The position numbers were made by a program, and so were the translations under genes. The notes below the pieces were generated by a model that saw only the letters and a program-made list of their open reading frames with translations, did no database searches and was not told where the DNA came from. Below, in pieces: positions 28,220-44,028 of a DNA stretch of 64,000 nt (position 1 is the first letter of the stretch; every line of letters starts with the position of its first letter). The stretch comes from Eledone cirrhosa (lineage: Eukaryota): positions 35,464,001-35,528,000 of the forward strand of contig OZ024757.1 of the NCBI GenBank assembly GCA_964016885.1, in the 5' to 3' direction.

Positions 28220-29590
28220 GATGGTAGTGTGGTGGTGGTGGTGGTGATGGTAGTCTGGTGGTGGAAGGTGATGGTAGTGTAGGGTAGGTGGTGGTGGTGG
28301 TAGTGTGAGGGAGGTGGTGGTGGTGGTAGTGTGGTGGTGTTGGTGGTAGTGTGGTCGTGGTGGTAGTGTGGTGGTGATGGTGGTAGTGTGGTGGTGGTGG
28401 TAGTGTGGTGGTGGTGGTAGTGTGGTGGTGATGGTGGTAGTGTGGTGGTGGTGGTAGTGTGGTGGTGGTGGTGGTAGTGTGGTGGTGGTGGTAGTGTGGT
28501 GGTGGTGGTAGTGTGGTGGTGATGGTGGTAGTGTGGTCGTGGTGGTAGTGTGGTGGTGATGGTGGTAGTGTGGTGGTGGTGGTAGTGTGGTGGTGGTGGT
28601 AGTGTGGTGGTGATGGTGGTAGTGTGGTGGTGGTGGTAGTGTGGTGGTGGTGGTAGTGTGGTGGTGATGGTGGTAGTGTGGTGGTGGTGGTGGTGGTAGT
28701 GTGGTAGTGTGGTGGTGGTAGTGTGGTGGTGGTGGTGGTAGTGTGGTGGTGATGGTGGTAGTGTGGTGGTGGTGGTAGTGTGGTGGTGTTGGTGGTAGTG
28801 TGGTCGTGGTGGTAGTGTGGTGGTGATGGTGGTAGTGTGGTGGTGGTGGTAGTGTGGTGGTGGTGGTAGTGTGGTGGTGATGGTGGTAGTGTGGTCGTGG
28901 TGGTAGTGTGGTGGTGATGGTGGTAGTGTGGTGGTGGTGGTAGTGTGGTGGTGGTGGTAGCGTGGTGGTGGTGATAGTGTGGTGGTGGTGGTAGTGTGGT
29001 GGTGATGGTGGTAGTGTGGTGGTGGTGGTAGTGTGGTGGTGGTGATAGTGTGGTAGTGTGGTGGTGGTAGTGTGGTGGTGGTGGTGGTGGTAGTGTGGTA
29101 GTGTGGTGGTGGTAGTGTGGTGGTGGTAGTGTGGTGGTGGTAGTGTGGTGGTGATGGTGGTAGTGTGGTGGTGGTGGTAGTGTGGTGGTGGTGGTAGTGT
29201 GGTGGTGATGGTGGTAGTGTGGTGGTGGTGGTGGTAGTGTGGTGGTGGTGGTGGTAGTGTGGTGGTGGTGGTAGTGTGGTAGTGTGGTGGTGGTAGTGTG
29301 GTGGTGGTGGTGGTAGTGTGGTGATGAGACGACAAGATAAAGCAACGTCTTAGATATTTGCTGTGATGACACAGATTGTGTTCACAATGATATAGTTATA
29401 TTGAATGGTGGTGGTGGTGGTGGTTGTGGTGGTGGTGGTGGTGGTGGTGGTAGTGATGGTGGTGGTAGTAATGGTGGTGGTAGTGTGGTGGTGGTTGTGG
29501 TGGGGGGGGGGGGCCGTGGTGGTGGTAGTGGTGGTGGGGCTGTGGGTGGTTGCCGTGGTGGTGGGATTGGTAGGGGTGGGGGTGGGAGTG
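28220..29590. repeat. (GGT)n / GGTAGTGT compound repeat
   Basis: Direct reading. Confidence 0.95.
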
Positions 29591-29908
29591 ACGTGCCGTC
29601 GAGGAACAATGGCACAGATACGTAGACTGGTGGTGATGATGTTAAGATAGGATATACATATATAAGCATGTGTGTGTGCGCGCGAAAAATAAACGGAAAT
29701 GAACACACCAAACTATTCACGACAATGGATATATATATATATATACGTACGTTATTCCGGGTTGAATCGGAGGTAACCACAGTAAGTAAGGTACTCAATA
29801 CATTGCAGAGTATAAAAGTTTTAATATAGATGAGATTCTACAGGACTAGAACCTAATAAACTACTATTTGTACTGCCTCTCTCTTTTTGTTCCTGTCCAA
29901 TCTTTAAC

Positions 29909-29947
<39 letters not shown>

Positions 29948-30047
29948 ATTTATTAAAATAACAGATTAAAGTTTAAGCAAAGAATCGCTGCTTTCACCCT
30001 TAACGGGATCTTCTGAAACTTTGGATTTTAGTCTTCAATTTTATGAT

Positions 30048-30110
<63 letters not shown>

Positions 30111-30164
30111 TATATATATACAATGATATTAAATAAATGGAAACTATATTTATAAAACCATATT

Positions 30165-30227
30165 TATTTTATTATATATATTTCAACGGTACCAAGACAC
30201 ATTGATACGCTTTCATCAGATAAAATA
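30165..30227 (-). ncRNA. Minimal hammerhead ribozyme (family A)
   Basis: TATTTTAT CTGATGA aagcgtatcaa..ttggtaccgtt GAAA TATATA TA ATAAAATA, with a perfect 8-bp stem I. Confidence 0.7.
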
Positions 30228-30360
30228 CAAAGTTTGTTTTATAAATAGACTTACCCATGAAAATCATACCCTATCGGTTGGAAATTCACTGGATAGTACT
30301 CTAAATCAGTTATAAACATTTATATTTGTTGGACTTCCAACAAATTAAATACCACTTCTA

Positions 30361-30393
<33 letters not shown>

Positions 30394-30453
30394 AGGAACC
30401 TAATACTAACACTTTGTACTGCACTCTTCGTTATTGTTTTTTTTTCTGTTTAA

Positions 30454-30495
<42 letters not shown>

Positions 30496-30551
30496 CAAGG
30501 TCTAGCAAATAGAGAAAATGTTTTAAAAAATTCGCTGTACTTACTATATGT

Positions 30552-30632
30552 GCCTTACCGCGGTTTCAAGTTCCAGAATAAACGGATAATCCAAGCGGAA
30601 TTCCATTGAGAAGGAAACCATCTTCAGAAAGC
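30552..30632 (-). ncRNA. Hammerhead ribozyme with extended loop II and CCGCGG palindrome
   Basis: GCTTT CTGAAGA tggtttcc-...-ggaactt GAAA CCGCGG TA AGGC. Confidence 0.5.
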
Positions 30633-30779
30633 TCATCTCACTCGGAGAATATAAAATTCCCGAGTTCAAATCATAAACTGACGCCATACAAAACCATTCC
30701 CAGATGAGAGTGAATGATAAAAGAAATAATTCTCTGGTGCAGTGTGCAAAGACAAAAGGCAGGGTGGACAGGTCAATGT

Positions 30780-30835
<56 letters not shown>

Positions 30836-31012
30836 TTTCACGCTTGATATAGTAGAAAAAAGTGACTTAACGTTTCGTACACTAGTCCTTCCGGAGAAAT
30901 AAAAGTAACAAAGTGATTGAGGAAAGCGAGAAAAGAACAGGTGTGTGTTTAGTCCGCCATTTTACGTGTATGTTTACACACACACACGCACGCACGCACA
31001 CGCACACACATA

Positions 31013-31090
<78 letters not shown>

Positions 31091-31495
31091 AATATATACA
31101 CATACACACACATATACACACACTCACACGCACACACACACACACACGCGCGCGCACACATATATGTTGAACAGGTGGACTGAAGTGACATCTCAATCTG
31201 GCATTTTGGATTGCAGGATACCAGATTGACAGATTAATAGATTAATAGATTGACAACATTGTCGAATCCAGAACGGAAGACTCAACTAGCGTTACTGTAG
31301 AGAGAAGATGTAACGGAGGAATATAGACACAACGTTGTAAATAGAAAGTATTTCACCAATTGATGTCATTTATGGGAGATATGAAGGAGAGGTTTTATTT
31401 GATTGTTTCATGTTCTCTCTCCCTCTCTTTCTCTCTCTCCTCTCTCTCTATACACCCACGCACACAGAGAAACACATATATGTACATATATACAC

Positions 31496-31569
<74 letters not shown>

Positions 31570-31811
31570 ATGTATATATATATATGTGTGCGCCTGCGTG
31601 TGTAGAAATAGGAAAAACACACTTTCCCCTGGTCTGAAATTTCGTCTGTTACAATTAGCATCCCCTCAATGGTGGCCTCGGGATGTTATCGCTAATAGAG
31701 ACATACCCATGAAAAACATACCTTATCGGTTGGAAATTCACTATCCAGTGAATTTCCAACTGATAAGGTATGTTTTTCATGGGTATGTCTCTATTTATAA
31801 AACAAACTTTG

Positions 31812-31875
31812 TATTTTATCTGATGAAAGCGTACCAATGTTGTCTTGGTACCCTTGAAATATATATAATTGAATA
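31812..31875 (+). ncRNA. Minimal hammerhead ribozyme (family A)
   Basis: TATTTTAT CTGATGA AAGCGTACCAA tgttgtc TTGGTACCCTT GAAA TATATA TA ATTGAATA. Confidence 0.7.
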
Positions 31876-32009
31876 AATATGGTTTTATAAATATAGTTTC
31901 CATTTATTGAATATCATTGAATATTTACTCCAGGAACTTGTTGAGTGCTCTAAATCAGTTATAAACATTTATGTTTGTCGGACTTCCAACAAATTAAATA
32001 CCACTTCTA

Positions 32010-32057
<48 letters not shown>

Positions 32058-32250
32058 CAGAAGGGATATTCAATTTGTTGGTAATTCAACAAATATAAAT
32101 GTTTATAACTAATTTAGAGCACTCAACAAGATTTTCTGGTGTATAATATACATTGATATTAAATAAATGGAAACTATATTTATAAAACCATATTTATTCA
32201 ATTATATATATTTCAAGGGTACCAAGACAACATTGGTACGCTTTCATCAG

Positions 32251-32385
<135 letters not shown>

Positions 32386-32454
32386 TGTTTCCTCGGTCCG
32401 ATTTGAAGAAAGTCGATCGACTGTATATATAAATAAATAAATAAAACCACTATT

Positions 32455-32655
32455 ATAGCTTCGATAGAGCTTTGGACATGTTTTGCGGCATAGAGTTACA
32501 GCCCTTTACGTTCTGATTTTAAATCCCGACGAAGTAAGCTTTACCTTTCATCCTTACGGGGTGGATAAAATAAAGTACCAGTAACGCACTGGGTCGATTT
32601 AATCGACTTTCCCCTCCCCCAAAATTGCTGACCTTGTGCCTATAGTAGAAAAAAA
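32455..32655 (+). mobile_element. tRNA-derived SINE, same family
   Basis: Same core with a longer 3' part (gtcgatttaatcgac). Confidence 0.75.
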
Positions 32656-32851
32656 TGATCATTATTATTATTTATTTATTTATCTATTTATCGGAAGTGG
32701 CCAATAAAGTAGATGGCGTTATCAAAGACATGCACAGACCAGATATAATATAAGATTATCCAAAGAATTTCTGGTGTAGAAACTACTTGGATAGATGTAT
32801 CTTGGACAAACGGAAACAGATGGACGTCAATGATGGACCTGCCCCTCCCCC

Positions 32852-32930
<79 letters not shown>

Positions 32931-33138
32931 CTCAGCTATATATATATATAGAGAGAGAGAGAGAGAATATGTGTATGTGAGAGAGGAGAGGAGATATATA
33001 TATATATATGTGTGTGTATGGATGTATCTATATCTTTCTCTCAAACTCACAAAATGGCGGTTGACACTCGATGGACAATACAGATAATAGAGAAGTTATA
33101 GCAGGATATTGTCTTTTTAATGTTATATGGTATACATA

Positions 33139-33181
<43 letters not shown>

Positions 33182-33281
33182 ATGTATATATCAATATATA
33201 TAGCACTGGGATTGGGAAGAGGGGTGGTGGAAGGTGAAGAATGGCAGTGTCATAAATGTTTAATTCATACTTTACAGTCTA

Positions 33282-33336
<55 letters not shown>

Positions 33337-33748
33337 ATGTGTGTGTGCATTCGTGGCTATATATATATATGTGTAGATAAATCTACCATCCATTGTCATA
33401 TGGCTACTGGACAAGAAAGAGAGCTCAACTATATATACGAGTATAGGGAGTTATAAAATTATATATATAAATATAAAAAATATATATTAAAATATGAATA
33501 CCTGTATAAAATTAGGAACAAAGTATGTAGATAAATCTATTATTTCTGAAGACAGCATAAATATGTGTAGGTATGTATATTCCCTCTGATAGTTTGTAAA
33601 ATTTTTACATAGATCTATATGATATACATACCAACACACACATATATATCCTAGAAACGATCGTAAAATGATGAATTTTTTAATATAAGGAACTGTTTCT
33701 TTGTTTTTATTCATTGTTTTTTGTTTTTATTCATTGTTCTTATTAATT

Positions 33749-33814
<66 letters not shown>

Positions 33815-33998
33815 TGTATATGCATATATATATATACACATATGTATATGCATATATATGTATATACACATGTATATGCATATATATATATGTATATATA
33901 CACATATGTATATGCATATATATATATACACATACGTATATACATATATATATATATATATGTATACACACACACCCACACATACATATATATATTAC

Positions 33999-34066
<68 letters not shown>

Positions 34067-34140
34067 TGCCAGCATAACTCGGAAATTGCGTTTCGCTTAT
34101 TTCTACCCCGCCGAAATACGATTCTCGCTGAATTTATATT

Positions 34141-34225
<85 letters not shown>

Positions 34226-34665
34226 TTATACGGCTGATTTATCTCCACCTGTGGTGTATCGCTTGCTTTTCCAAGATATCTGTATAGTAGGGGGTCATAT
34301 CTCATGTCACCTGTTCCAGTGCACGGATATGACAGGTGGACACTCTTCTGGTTATCTTGGAATTGAACATTTCACTTGTCAGGTGCCGAGCGTCCTTTAG
34401 GTTGTGGCCCGACCCTCCTCTCCTCATAGATATAAATGTAGATGCGCACCCACCCCAGATCTGGCCCGATGCCATCATAGATATGTCTGTGGATATCTCT
34501 CAAGATCTGGATTGGCCCCGCCTCATGGATATATCAGTAGGTGCACACTAGGTCTGACCCTAACCATGTCATAGATATATCAGCAAATAACATCCATGAG
34601 CTTGGCTGGTCTCGTTTGGGGATCCTGCCGGATCAGTTGGAGATGGTTGCTTCTGACAGGACCCG

Positions 34666-35495
34666 ATGGAAGGGGTGTTTGAGGACTGTGTCCTTTTACA
34701 GAAACAGTCACAAATAATAATAACGTTACCTGGTGGTAACAACTTCCAGAGGTCCCTGGCCTGGCAGTGCTACCGAGGAGCTCTACCAGTTCGTGACAAG
34801 ATCTACAGGCGCGGACGCCCCGGCAGGGATCCTTCCAAGAGGACGTGTCCAATATGCGCACAGGACATTGAAACTGTCTTGCACGCAATTGTACACTGCC
34901 CGGGCGTAACTGACCTGAGGAACTACGCAGAACAACTGCTGTCGCGTATGGGACAAATCCAGTTGACTGCCGAGTCCATAGTAAGGATCAAACCGCCAAC
35001 TTCTTTAAAAAACGAAAGAGAGGCGGTTTTCCTCTGTATAGTGGCTATGGTGAAAGAGGTTATATGGTGGACGAGATTGAGAGGACTGAGGACAGGGACC
35101 TTTCTCTCCGGACACCAACTCATTCCCTTCTTCAGATACCACTTTAGAAGGAGAATCAGAGTGGAGAGAGAGGCACTGCACCCCAGTAAATTTACTGAAA
35201 GGTGGGTGAATGTGGCAAAAGTGACCCGAGTGATTGGGCCTTCTCTGTATATAAACCTGTAGGTTGAAGAAGAGAGCAAAAGGAAGAAAGGAGCACTTGC
35301 ACAACACGCTCCTGAAGTTGAGGGTTGTTCTATCTACGGGGTATTAAACAACCCATTTGTGGCGCCTCCCCCCTATTGGGGATTTCGATTGTTATAATTG
35401 TTTGTTTCATATTTTTACACGATTGTATGTAAAATCCCCGGCATGTGTCTTTGTTTTGACCCCTTTTCTTGTGCGCCCTTGTGGCTAATAAAGAA
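34666..35495 (+). mobile_element. L1/Tx1-like LINE 3' end (zf-RVT)
   Basis: SLAWQCYRGALPVRDKI...TCPICAQDIETVLHAIVHCP CCHC motif, a 3' UTR with AATAAA, then (TATC)n. Confidence 0.82.
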
Positions 35496-35916
35496 ATATA
35501 TCTATCTATCTATATCTATCTACCTATCTATCTACCTATCTCTCTGTTTATCTATCTACCTACCTATATATCTATCTAGCTATCGAGCTACACACACGAA
35601 CACACACACCTTATATATATATATAATGGGAGAGGGAAGAGAAATGGTAATTTAAAATATCGTCTGTGACTCTGTGTGGCAAAAAACCAATGGATTTTTT
35701 CTTTAAAATTTTTTTGGAGGGTATCTTAACTTGACAGCAACATTGTTTACCAGGGAAAGCCCCCTCCCGCCACACATAAGACACACACACACATACATTT
35801 ACACACATACACATATATCAACCCATATTTATTTAACTAGAGGGACTGCTGCTACTATTACAACTACCACCACCACCACCATCATCAACATAACACCAAC
35901 AACTACATCTACTACA

Positions 35917-35963
<47 letters not shown>

Positions 35964-36410
35964 ACGTTCCTATAGAGCCATGTAAACAGTGGGGAGGAAA
36001 ATTTTTTTCCCCAGCTAAATATAAAGAAAAACGGAAGTTATCGTTGTTGGTTTCCTGCGAAACTGTCGGCCATTTTAAAAATCCAACAGCAATCAATCGT
36101 TCCACTATTTTCTTAGGTAAAGAGAGATGGTAGGGGGTGGGGGAGATGGAGTACCAGGGTGGTAGGGTGAAGTAAAGGGTGAGGGAGACATAGAGGGAGA
36201 TAGAAAAATAGAGAGAGAAAGAGAGAGAGAGAGAGGGGGCTAGGAAAAGACTTGATACATCTCCAGATGTCAGCTTGATGTTGTATGTTGTTGTTATAGT
36301 AGTTGTTGGTTGTCTTCTTTGGGTGTGTGTGTACGTGTGTGTGTGTGTTTCGTGTGTCAGTCATTTAGCGTCTATTTATCTATCTATCTATCTACCTATC
36401 TACCTATCAC

Positions 36411-36441
<31 letters not shown>

Positions 36442-37515
36442 TTCGTGTGTGTATACAAATATAATATATATATATATATGTGTGTGTATGTGTTTGTGTG
36501 TGTGTGTCTATACACACACACACCCATATATCATGGCTGTGCTTATAGATCTTGTTTTGTTTTCTGTGTTTAATTCGTATTTTTTGTTTGAATATTTATT
36601 GAAATTTAATAATGAAGTTATCTTTTTTTCGCTATAGTTTCCTTGTTTTTCTAGTAAACTTAGAGCGGAATTTTGGTTAAATGGAAAATAAATAAATAAG
36701 AATAAATAAAATGGCGAAAAACCTGAAATAACAGATATAAAAAATAAATAGAAAAAAATAATAGGAAATAACTGGAAAAAAAAAACAGAAATAAACAAAT
36801 GGAAAATACGAAATCAATGATACTTAAATTTCGCGGGAAAAAACAGCGTAAAATGGTGATGACTATGATGATAGTGATGATGATGATGATGATGATAGTG
36901 ATGGTGATGGTGATGATGGTAATGATGGTGATGATGATGATGGTAATGATGATGGTCTTGATGGTGATGGGCAGATGATGGTGATGGTGGTGTTGGTGGG
37001 CTGGCGGTGGTTTTTGGTGGTGGTGGTGTTGCTGATGGTGATGATGACGATAGGTTGGTGGTGGCGGCGGTGGTGTTGTTGGTGATGGTGATGGTGGGCT
37101 GCTGGTGGTGGTGCTGGTGGCGGCGGTGGTGGTGTTGTTGCTAGTGGTGATGGTGGGCTGGTGGTGGTGGTGATGATGACGATGATAGGTTGATGGTGGC
37201 GGTGGTGTTGTTGCTGATGATGATGATGGTGATGGTGGGCTGGTGGTGGTTTTTGGTTTTTGATAGGTTGATGGTGGTTGTGGTGCTGATGGTGGTGATG
37301 GTGATGATAGTAACGATGATGGTGATGATAGTAACGCTGATGGTTTTGATGGTGGTGGTGATGGTAGGTTGGTGTTAATGGTGGTGGGTTGATGAGCTGA
37401 TGGTTGTTGTTGTGGAGATGATGATAATGGTGGTAATAGGGATGGTGGCGATGATGCCTATGATGATTATAGTTATCATAGTAATAGTAGCATTAGTAAT
37501 TGGTAAAGATCAATG

Positions 37516-37552
<37 letters not shown>

Positions 37553-37994
37553 TTTCTTTATTGGCCACAATGGCTGACATCAAGAAAAATAGTAATAATA
37601 ATAATGCTATCTTTATTAACCACAAGGGTTTACATAAAGTAGACATTAAGGACAGTACATGACAATACAGGACGGTACAAATGGGCATTTCTGTGTGTAA
37701 AAAACAAAAACAGAGGATGTAACAATGAAAAATAATAATAATAATAATAATGATTTCATTTATTGGCCACAAGAGCCGACATGTAGGGGACAATACAAAG
37801 ACACGGACAGTGGGGGGGGGTTACAATAAGGTCGAGTAAAAGTGCACAATGGCAAGACTAGTTTAACAATGAAGATATAAAAATATAAAATAAACTAAGC
37901 ATAAATATAACGAAATAAATTCCCCGATAGGGGGTGGACGACCCTGGGGTGACTCGGGTACCCCACCAATCCTGAACCACCCTGCGCAATAATA

Positions 37995-38305
37995 AGTGCA
38001 AGAAAAGGAGAGGGAGTAAATTAACCGATACCAGGACTTAAAGTGGGAGGTAAAAAGGATTTGGAACTGCCATGAAGTCAAGGTCGTCCCGATTGTCATA
38101 GGCGCACTTGGTACTATCTCAAAGAGTTTCCAAGGATGGTTAAAGAAGATTAGCCCAGCCCCGCTTTTTGGAACACTTCAAAAGGCATGCTTGGTGGGAA
38201 CAGCAAGAACCCTCTGATACGTCCTGAATATCTGAGGCTGCAGGTAGTGGCTTGATATTCATTTCAACAAACTTTCCAGTTAAATAACATCAATGACTGA
38301 GACTC

Positions 38306-38357
<52 letters not shown>
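37995..38357 (+). mobile_element. 3' end of the same R4/Dong-like family with (TAA)n tail
   Basis: Overlaps ~80 nt of 52065-52145 in sequence. Continues VKVVPIVIGALGTIS...LQKACLVGTARTL, then a short UTR and (TAA)n. Confidence 0.8.
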
Positions 38358-38359
<2 letters not shown>

Positions 38360-38965
38360 TTTCTTTATTTATTCTTTATTTATAAGAAAAAAAGGAAAAA
38401 CACAAACGTAAGCTGTGCGGCCACGGTTAATTTAAATAATTATGTTAACAAAATAGTCTAAATGTAAATACATGTCTACGTACATACATACATACATACA
38501 TACATACATACATACATACATACTTGCATACATACATATACACATACATACAAACATACATACATATTTACATCTATAGATACAAACTACATATATACAT
38601 ATATACTTATATACATACATGCACACATACATAGACACGTACGTATCTTCATAGACATATACATACATATATACATACATTCATATATAGATACATGCAT
38701 ATATACAAACAATTTATACACAAATACATATATACTTACATACATGCATACATAGATCATTCATACTTACATACACACATATATACATACATACATACAT
38801 ACATACATACATACATACATACATACATACATACATACATACATACATACATACATACATACGCGCATGTATACACCATACACACACATATATATACATA
38901 CATATAAATTTATATGTACATATATATTTATGTATACATACATATATCTATATATATATATATAT

Positions 38966-39061
<96 letters not shown>

Positions 39062-39324
39062 TTGTTTGCGTGCGTCTCTCTGGCTGTGTGTGTGTTTGCA
39101 TAAAAAGAAATCAGCAAGAACAAAATCGGCGTTTGGCAAGAAAAAAATAAAATGACGACCAAAAGACCAAAAATCAAAATGGCGGACGCTAGTGATAAAG
39201 GAGAAGACAAGTGAACCGGTAAATTGGTGTGAGGAGTTGATGATGATTGTATAAGGCTACATTTGATCGCTCTTATAGTGTCTTGTTGACAACAAACTGA
39301 TCCATCCCTAGGGCTTTCACATTT

Positions 39325-39403
<79 letters not shown>

Positions 39404-39693
39404 GCAAGACTGAAGTCAATTTTTCTCCATATATAGTTACGCACTTACCTAACACACACACACATACACACACATATATATGTGTGTGTGTCTGTGTGTG
39501 TGTGTATGTGTGTATATGTATGTACACGTATATAAATATTTATATATAGGAAAGAAAAATATATATATGTATATGTATATATATTTATATATATATGTAT
39601 ATATGTATATGTATATATATGTATATACATGTATATGTATATATATGCATATATATATTATATATATGTATATGTATATATGTATATGTATGT

Positions 39694-39726
<33 letters not shown>

Positions 39727-39733
39727 CATATGT

Positions 39734-39776
<43 letters not shown>

Positions 39777-39780
39777 CATA

Positions 39781-39954
<174 letters not shown>

Positions 39955-40550
39955 TTTGTTTTCACATTTTTTCTACTATTTTTTTCGGACAGTAATCTTC
40001 ATCGCCTGTGAGCGACATTTAGTTTTTAACGTTTTCCCCCACGCCCGCGCAAAAGTTTAACTTCGTTTATTTGTTTGAAGAGAGCATGCGCAAACCTCAC
40101 CAATCACATATATGTATGTATGTGTGGTTTTCTGTATATATATATAATATATATAATATATATATATGTATAATCACATACATATACATATATACATATA
40201 TACATATATACATATATACATATATATATATATTTAACCAAATGTTAAACAAGGTTCATTCATTAATCAATGAATATAGTTTTACAATAGATTAAAAGCA
40301 CTCAACAAAGGTTTTCTGTGCTGTTTTTTCAGTACGTCCTCATCCATATATTTTGATTATGTGAATGTATCCATTTATTAATATTTTGAATAACATTAAT
40401 AACTCCAGAAAATGTACCTGTTGAGTGCTTTTAATCTATTGTAAAACTGTATTCATTGAATAATCAATGAACTTTGTTTAACATTTGGTTATATATATAT
40501 ATTAAACATTTATCGTACTGCCTCTCTGTTCTGTCCCTGTTCAATTTTTC

Positions 40551-40598
<48 letters not shown>

Positions 40599-40827
40599 AA
40601 CACATGTATATAGACTCACACACACACACATATATATATATTAAATATAACCTCTGCATATATATATATATATACACGTCTGTGTGTGTATTTAATTTTA
40701 GAAACACACTTATAAAGCGTTCGCCATTCAAATATAAGTCTTCTTCACAACTCTGTTAATGAATTGTTGAATGGACATTACATCGCGATGATCGTTTTGC
40801 TAGTTGTCATAGTCATGTCTTTATTTG

Positions 40828-40961
<134 letters not shown>

Positions 40962-41002
40962 TATATTTACATACACACACATACACACATATATTTATAC
41001 AT

Positions 41003-41042
<40 letters not shown>

Positions 41043-41644
41043 TTGTATATCTATCTATCTATTTATCTGTATATCTATGTATCACTCTCTCTCTCTCTGT
41101 CTTTATATATATATATATATATAGTACTTGTATACACACATTCACTTACTCACACACAGACATATACACGCACACACACACGCACACACACACACACACA
41201 CATATATATATAAGTAAACAAAAAGACTATGACAACTGTGTTTATATATACTCATAGATATAAGTGCGCGCGTCTGCGTGTCTAACAGTCTGTCCGTGTG
41301 TCCTCTTCGTTATTGTCTCTTACGTATGGTATAGTAATATAAGGAGTGTTCGACGGCTCTGCGTGTCTGCTTTAACAAGCTCCACAACAACAATGTCAAC
41401 AACAACAACAACAACAACAATGTCAACAACAGCATCCATAACAACAACAACGACAACAACAACAACGACAACAACAACAACGACAACAATAACAGCAACG
41501 ACAACAACAACGACAACAATAACAGCAACGACAACAACAACAACAATAACAGCAACGACAACAACGACAACAACAACGATGACAACGGCAACAACAGCAA
41601 AAACAACACATACATCATCAACAATAACAACAACGGCAATAATG

Positions 41645-41679
<35 letters not shown>

Positions 41680-42240
41680 GACAACAACAACAATGGCAAT
41701 AAAGGTAAGAAAACGCGAAGAAAGAGACCAACAATAATAATAATAATAAAAATAATATAGAGTTGCTGATTGAAAATCCAGCTTGTGACGATGGAGAGGC
41801 AAGGAATAGTGGGACCCCTCGGGTATAGACACCCACACCCTAACATACAACCCACCCCACTTCCCTCTTCAGATTATATAGACTGAAAAGTTGTGTATAA
41901 GTTCTTTAAATTGAGTTGTTAAAGTAACTAGATATAAATGACATACTGAGAAAAGAGGGGGTGGTGTATGAAGGTGGGTGGGGTGAACTGAAGGTGGGTG
42001 GCGGGGCTGGGGTGGGGTGGGGGTTGAAGGTAGGAGGGACTGAATGTGGGTGGCGGGGTAGGGGTGGGGTGGGGGTGCTGAAGGTGGGGGGAGCGTGGAT
42101 ATCGCAGAGAGAGAGAGGGGAGGAGGAGGAGAAGATAGAGAAAGTGAGAGGGAGGAGGAGTAGAGAGTGTATGGAGACGGTAGGAGGAAATGTGGTGAGA
42201 GTAGAAAGAAACTGAGAGAGGTGTTCAGAGCGATATATAC

Positions 42241-42304
<64 letters not shown>

Positions 42305-43245
42305 TACATACACACACACATATATATATATGTGTGTTTGTGTATGAGTGTGTATATGTGAGTGCGTGTGTGAAATATACCTATACATATACATATGACG
42401 ATGTTACACAACATTTTATAAGGCTACTGCTAGTTTCATACCGGCTGCAGATATTTTATTGTCTGAATATGTAATCAGTATGTAATCATAAGGGCAAATA
42501 TACTATATTGTATGAAATACATGGCAAACTGTCTATGGCTTTCTGATGGATGACGCACGAAGTAAAATCAACTACCTAGTAAGGTATACACTAATTTTCT
42601 AGGTATTTCATACAATATAGTGTGTGTGTATATATATACCCACTATATATATAGAGAGAGATTGGAAGATCACTGATGAAGGACTAATTTTATTCATATG
42701 TAACCCATGTGCAACCACGCAGCACTCCATTCTTCTCATATTTATATTTTTTCCTCAGCTGCGATAGTCTGTTTCTTTCTTACTGCTTCCCCCCTCTCTC
42801 TGTATCTCTCACCTTCTTTTACCCCCTCTGTCAGTCACACTCTCTCCCGACTGGCCTCTTCCTTACACTTACACTCATTCACTCTCTGCTTCTCCCCTCT
42901 CTCACTTCCTCCCGTTTGACCTGTGTGAAATCCTTTTCTCGCTCACATCTCACCCATGTCGGATGGTCTGTATATCTCTCGTCCATGAATTCACCAAGCT
43001 TAATAGATATCGTGTACTTGTTTCTTTCTATCTTTCTGTTGCAATACCATCTTTGTTTGTTTACATATCTCGCTCGCTTCACGCTATATTACTTGTCCCA
43101 ATAGCTTTATTTAGCTATTGCTCGCACCAACTAGAGGTATATGATTTTTAAAGCGATGAAATACCAATGACGGTTGGAAAATCACTGATGAAGGACTGAT
43201 TTTATTCATATGTAACCCATGTCCAACCACGCAGCACTCCATTCT

Positions 43246-43304
<59 letters not shown>

Positions 43305-43405
43305 TGTTTTGAAACAGTGAGCAGGTTTGAAATTAGAAAATAGAATAGCTTTAACCGTATTTTTTTTTACTTTAGTCAAAAGATTACGGTGAAAGCTATT
43401 CTATA

Positions 43406-43468
<63 letters not shown>

Positions 43469-43845
43469 TAGAGAGAGAGTCTGGTGTGCTGTGACCGAGG
43501 AAACCACTAATCATGAGAGTACTCAATGCATAGGGAGATACAGAGTGGGTATAGAGATAGGTAAAATCCCGTCCTTATATTCGAATATGTACATTATATA
43601 TATATATATATATATAGGATCGATCGACTTTCGTCAAATCGGTCCGAGGAAACAATTTTTCCGTTGGTCTTTCCAGTTGCAGTCACAACTCCAGGTAGAA
43701 GGAGCAACGTGAAATAAAGTGCTCAACCACATAACGCATCTCCCGGTCCAGGAATGGAACTTACAACCTCAAGATTGTGAATCCAATTCTCTAACCACTC
43801 AGCCACACGCCTTCACTCACACACACACACACACTCACACTCACA

Positions 43846-43914
<69 letters not shown>

Positions 43915-43962
43915 TAATAAATGGAAACTATATTTATAAAACCATATTTATTTTATTATACA

Positions 43963-44028
43963 TATTTTATTATACATATTTCAAGGGCAACCAAGGCAAA
44001 TTATGGTGCGCTGTCATCAGATAAAATA
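43963..44028 (-). ncRNA. Minimal hammerhead ribozyme (family A)
   Basis: TATTTTAT CTGATGA ... GAAA TATGTA TA ATAAAATA. Stem II is partly degenerate. Confidence 0.55.

Noticed and set aside
25123-29372. 1012-1409-aa Cys/His/Thr-rich ORFs
   Set aside because: All three frames are open because the 46-bp and GGT repeats lack stops on that strand. There are no splice signals or unique domain.
34395-34582. Degenerate ~47-bp repeat as a functional array
   Set aside because: Only about 4 highly diverged units with no supporting context.
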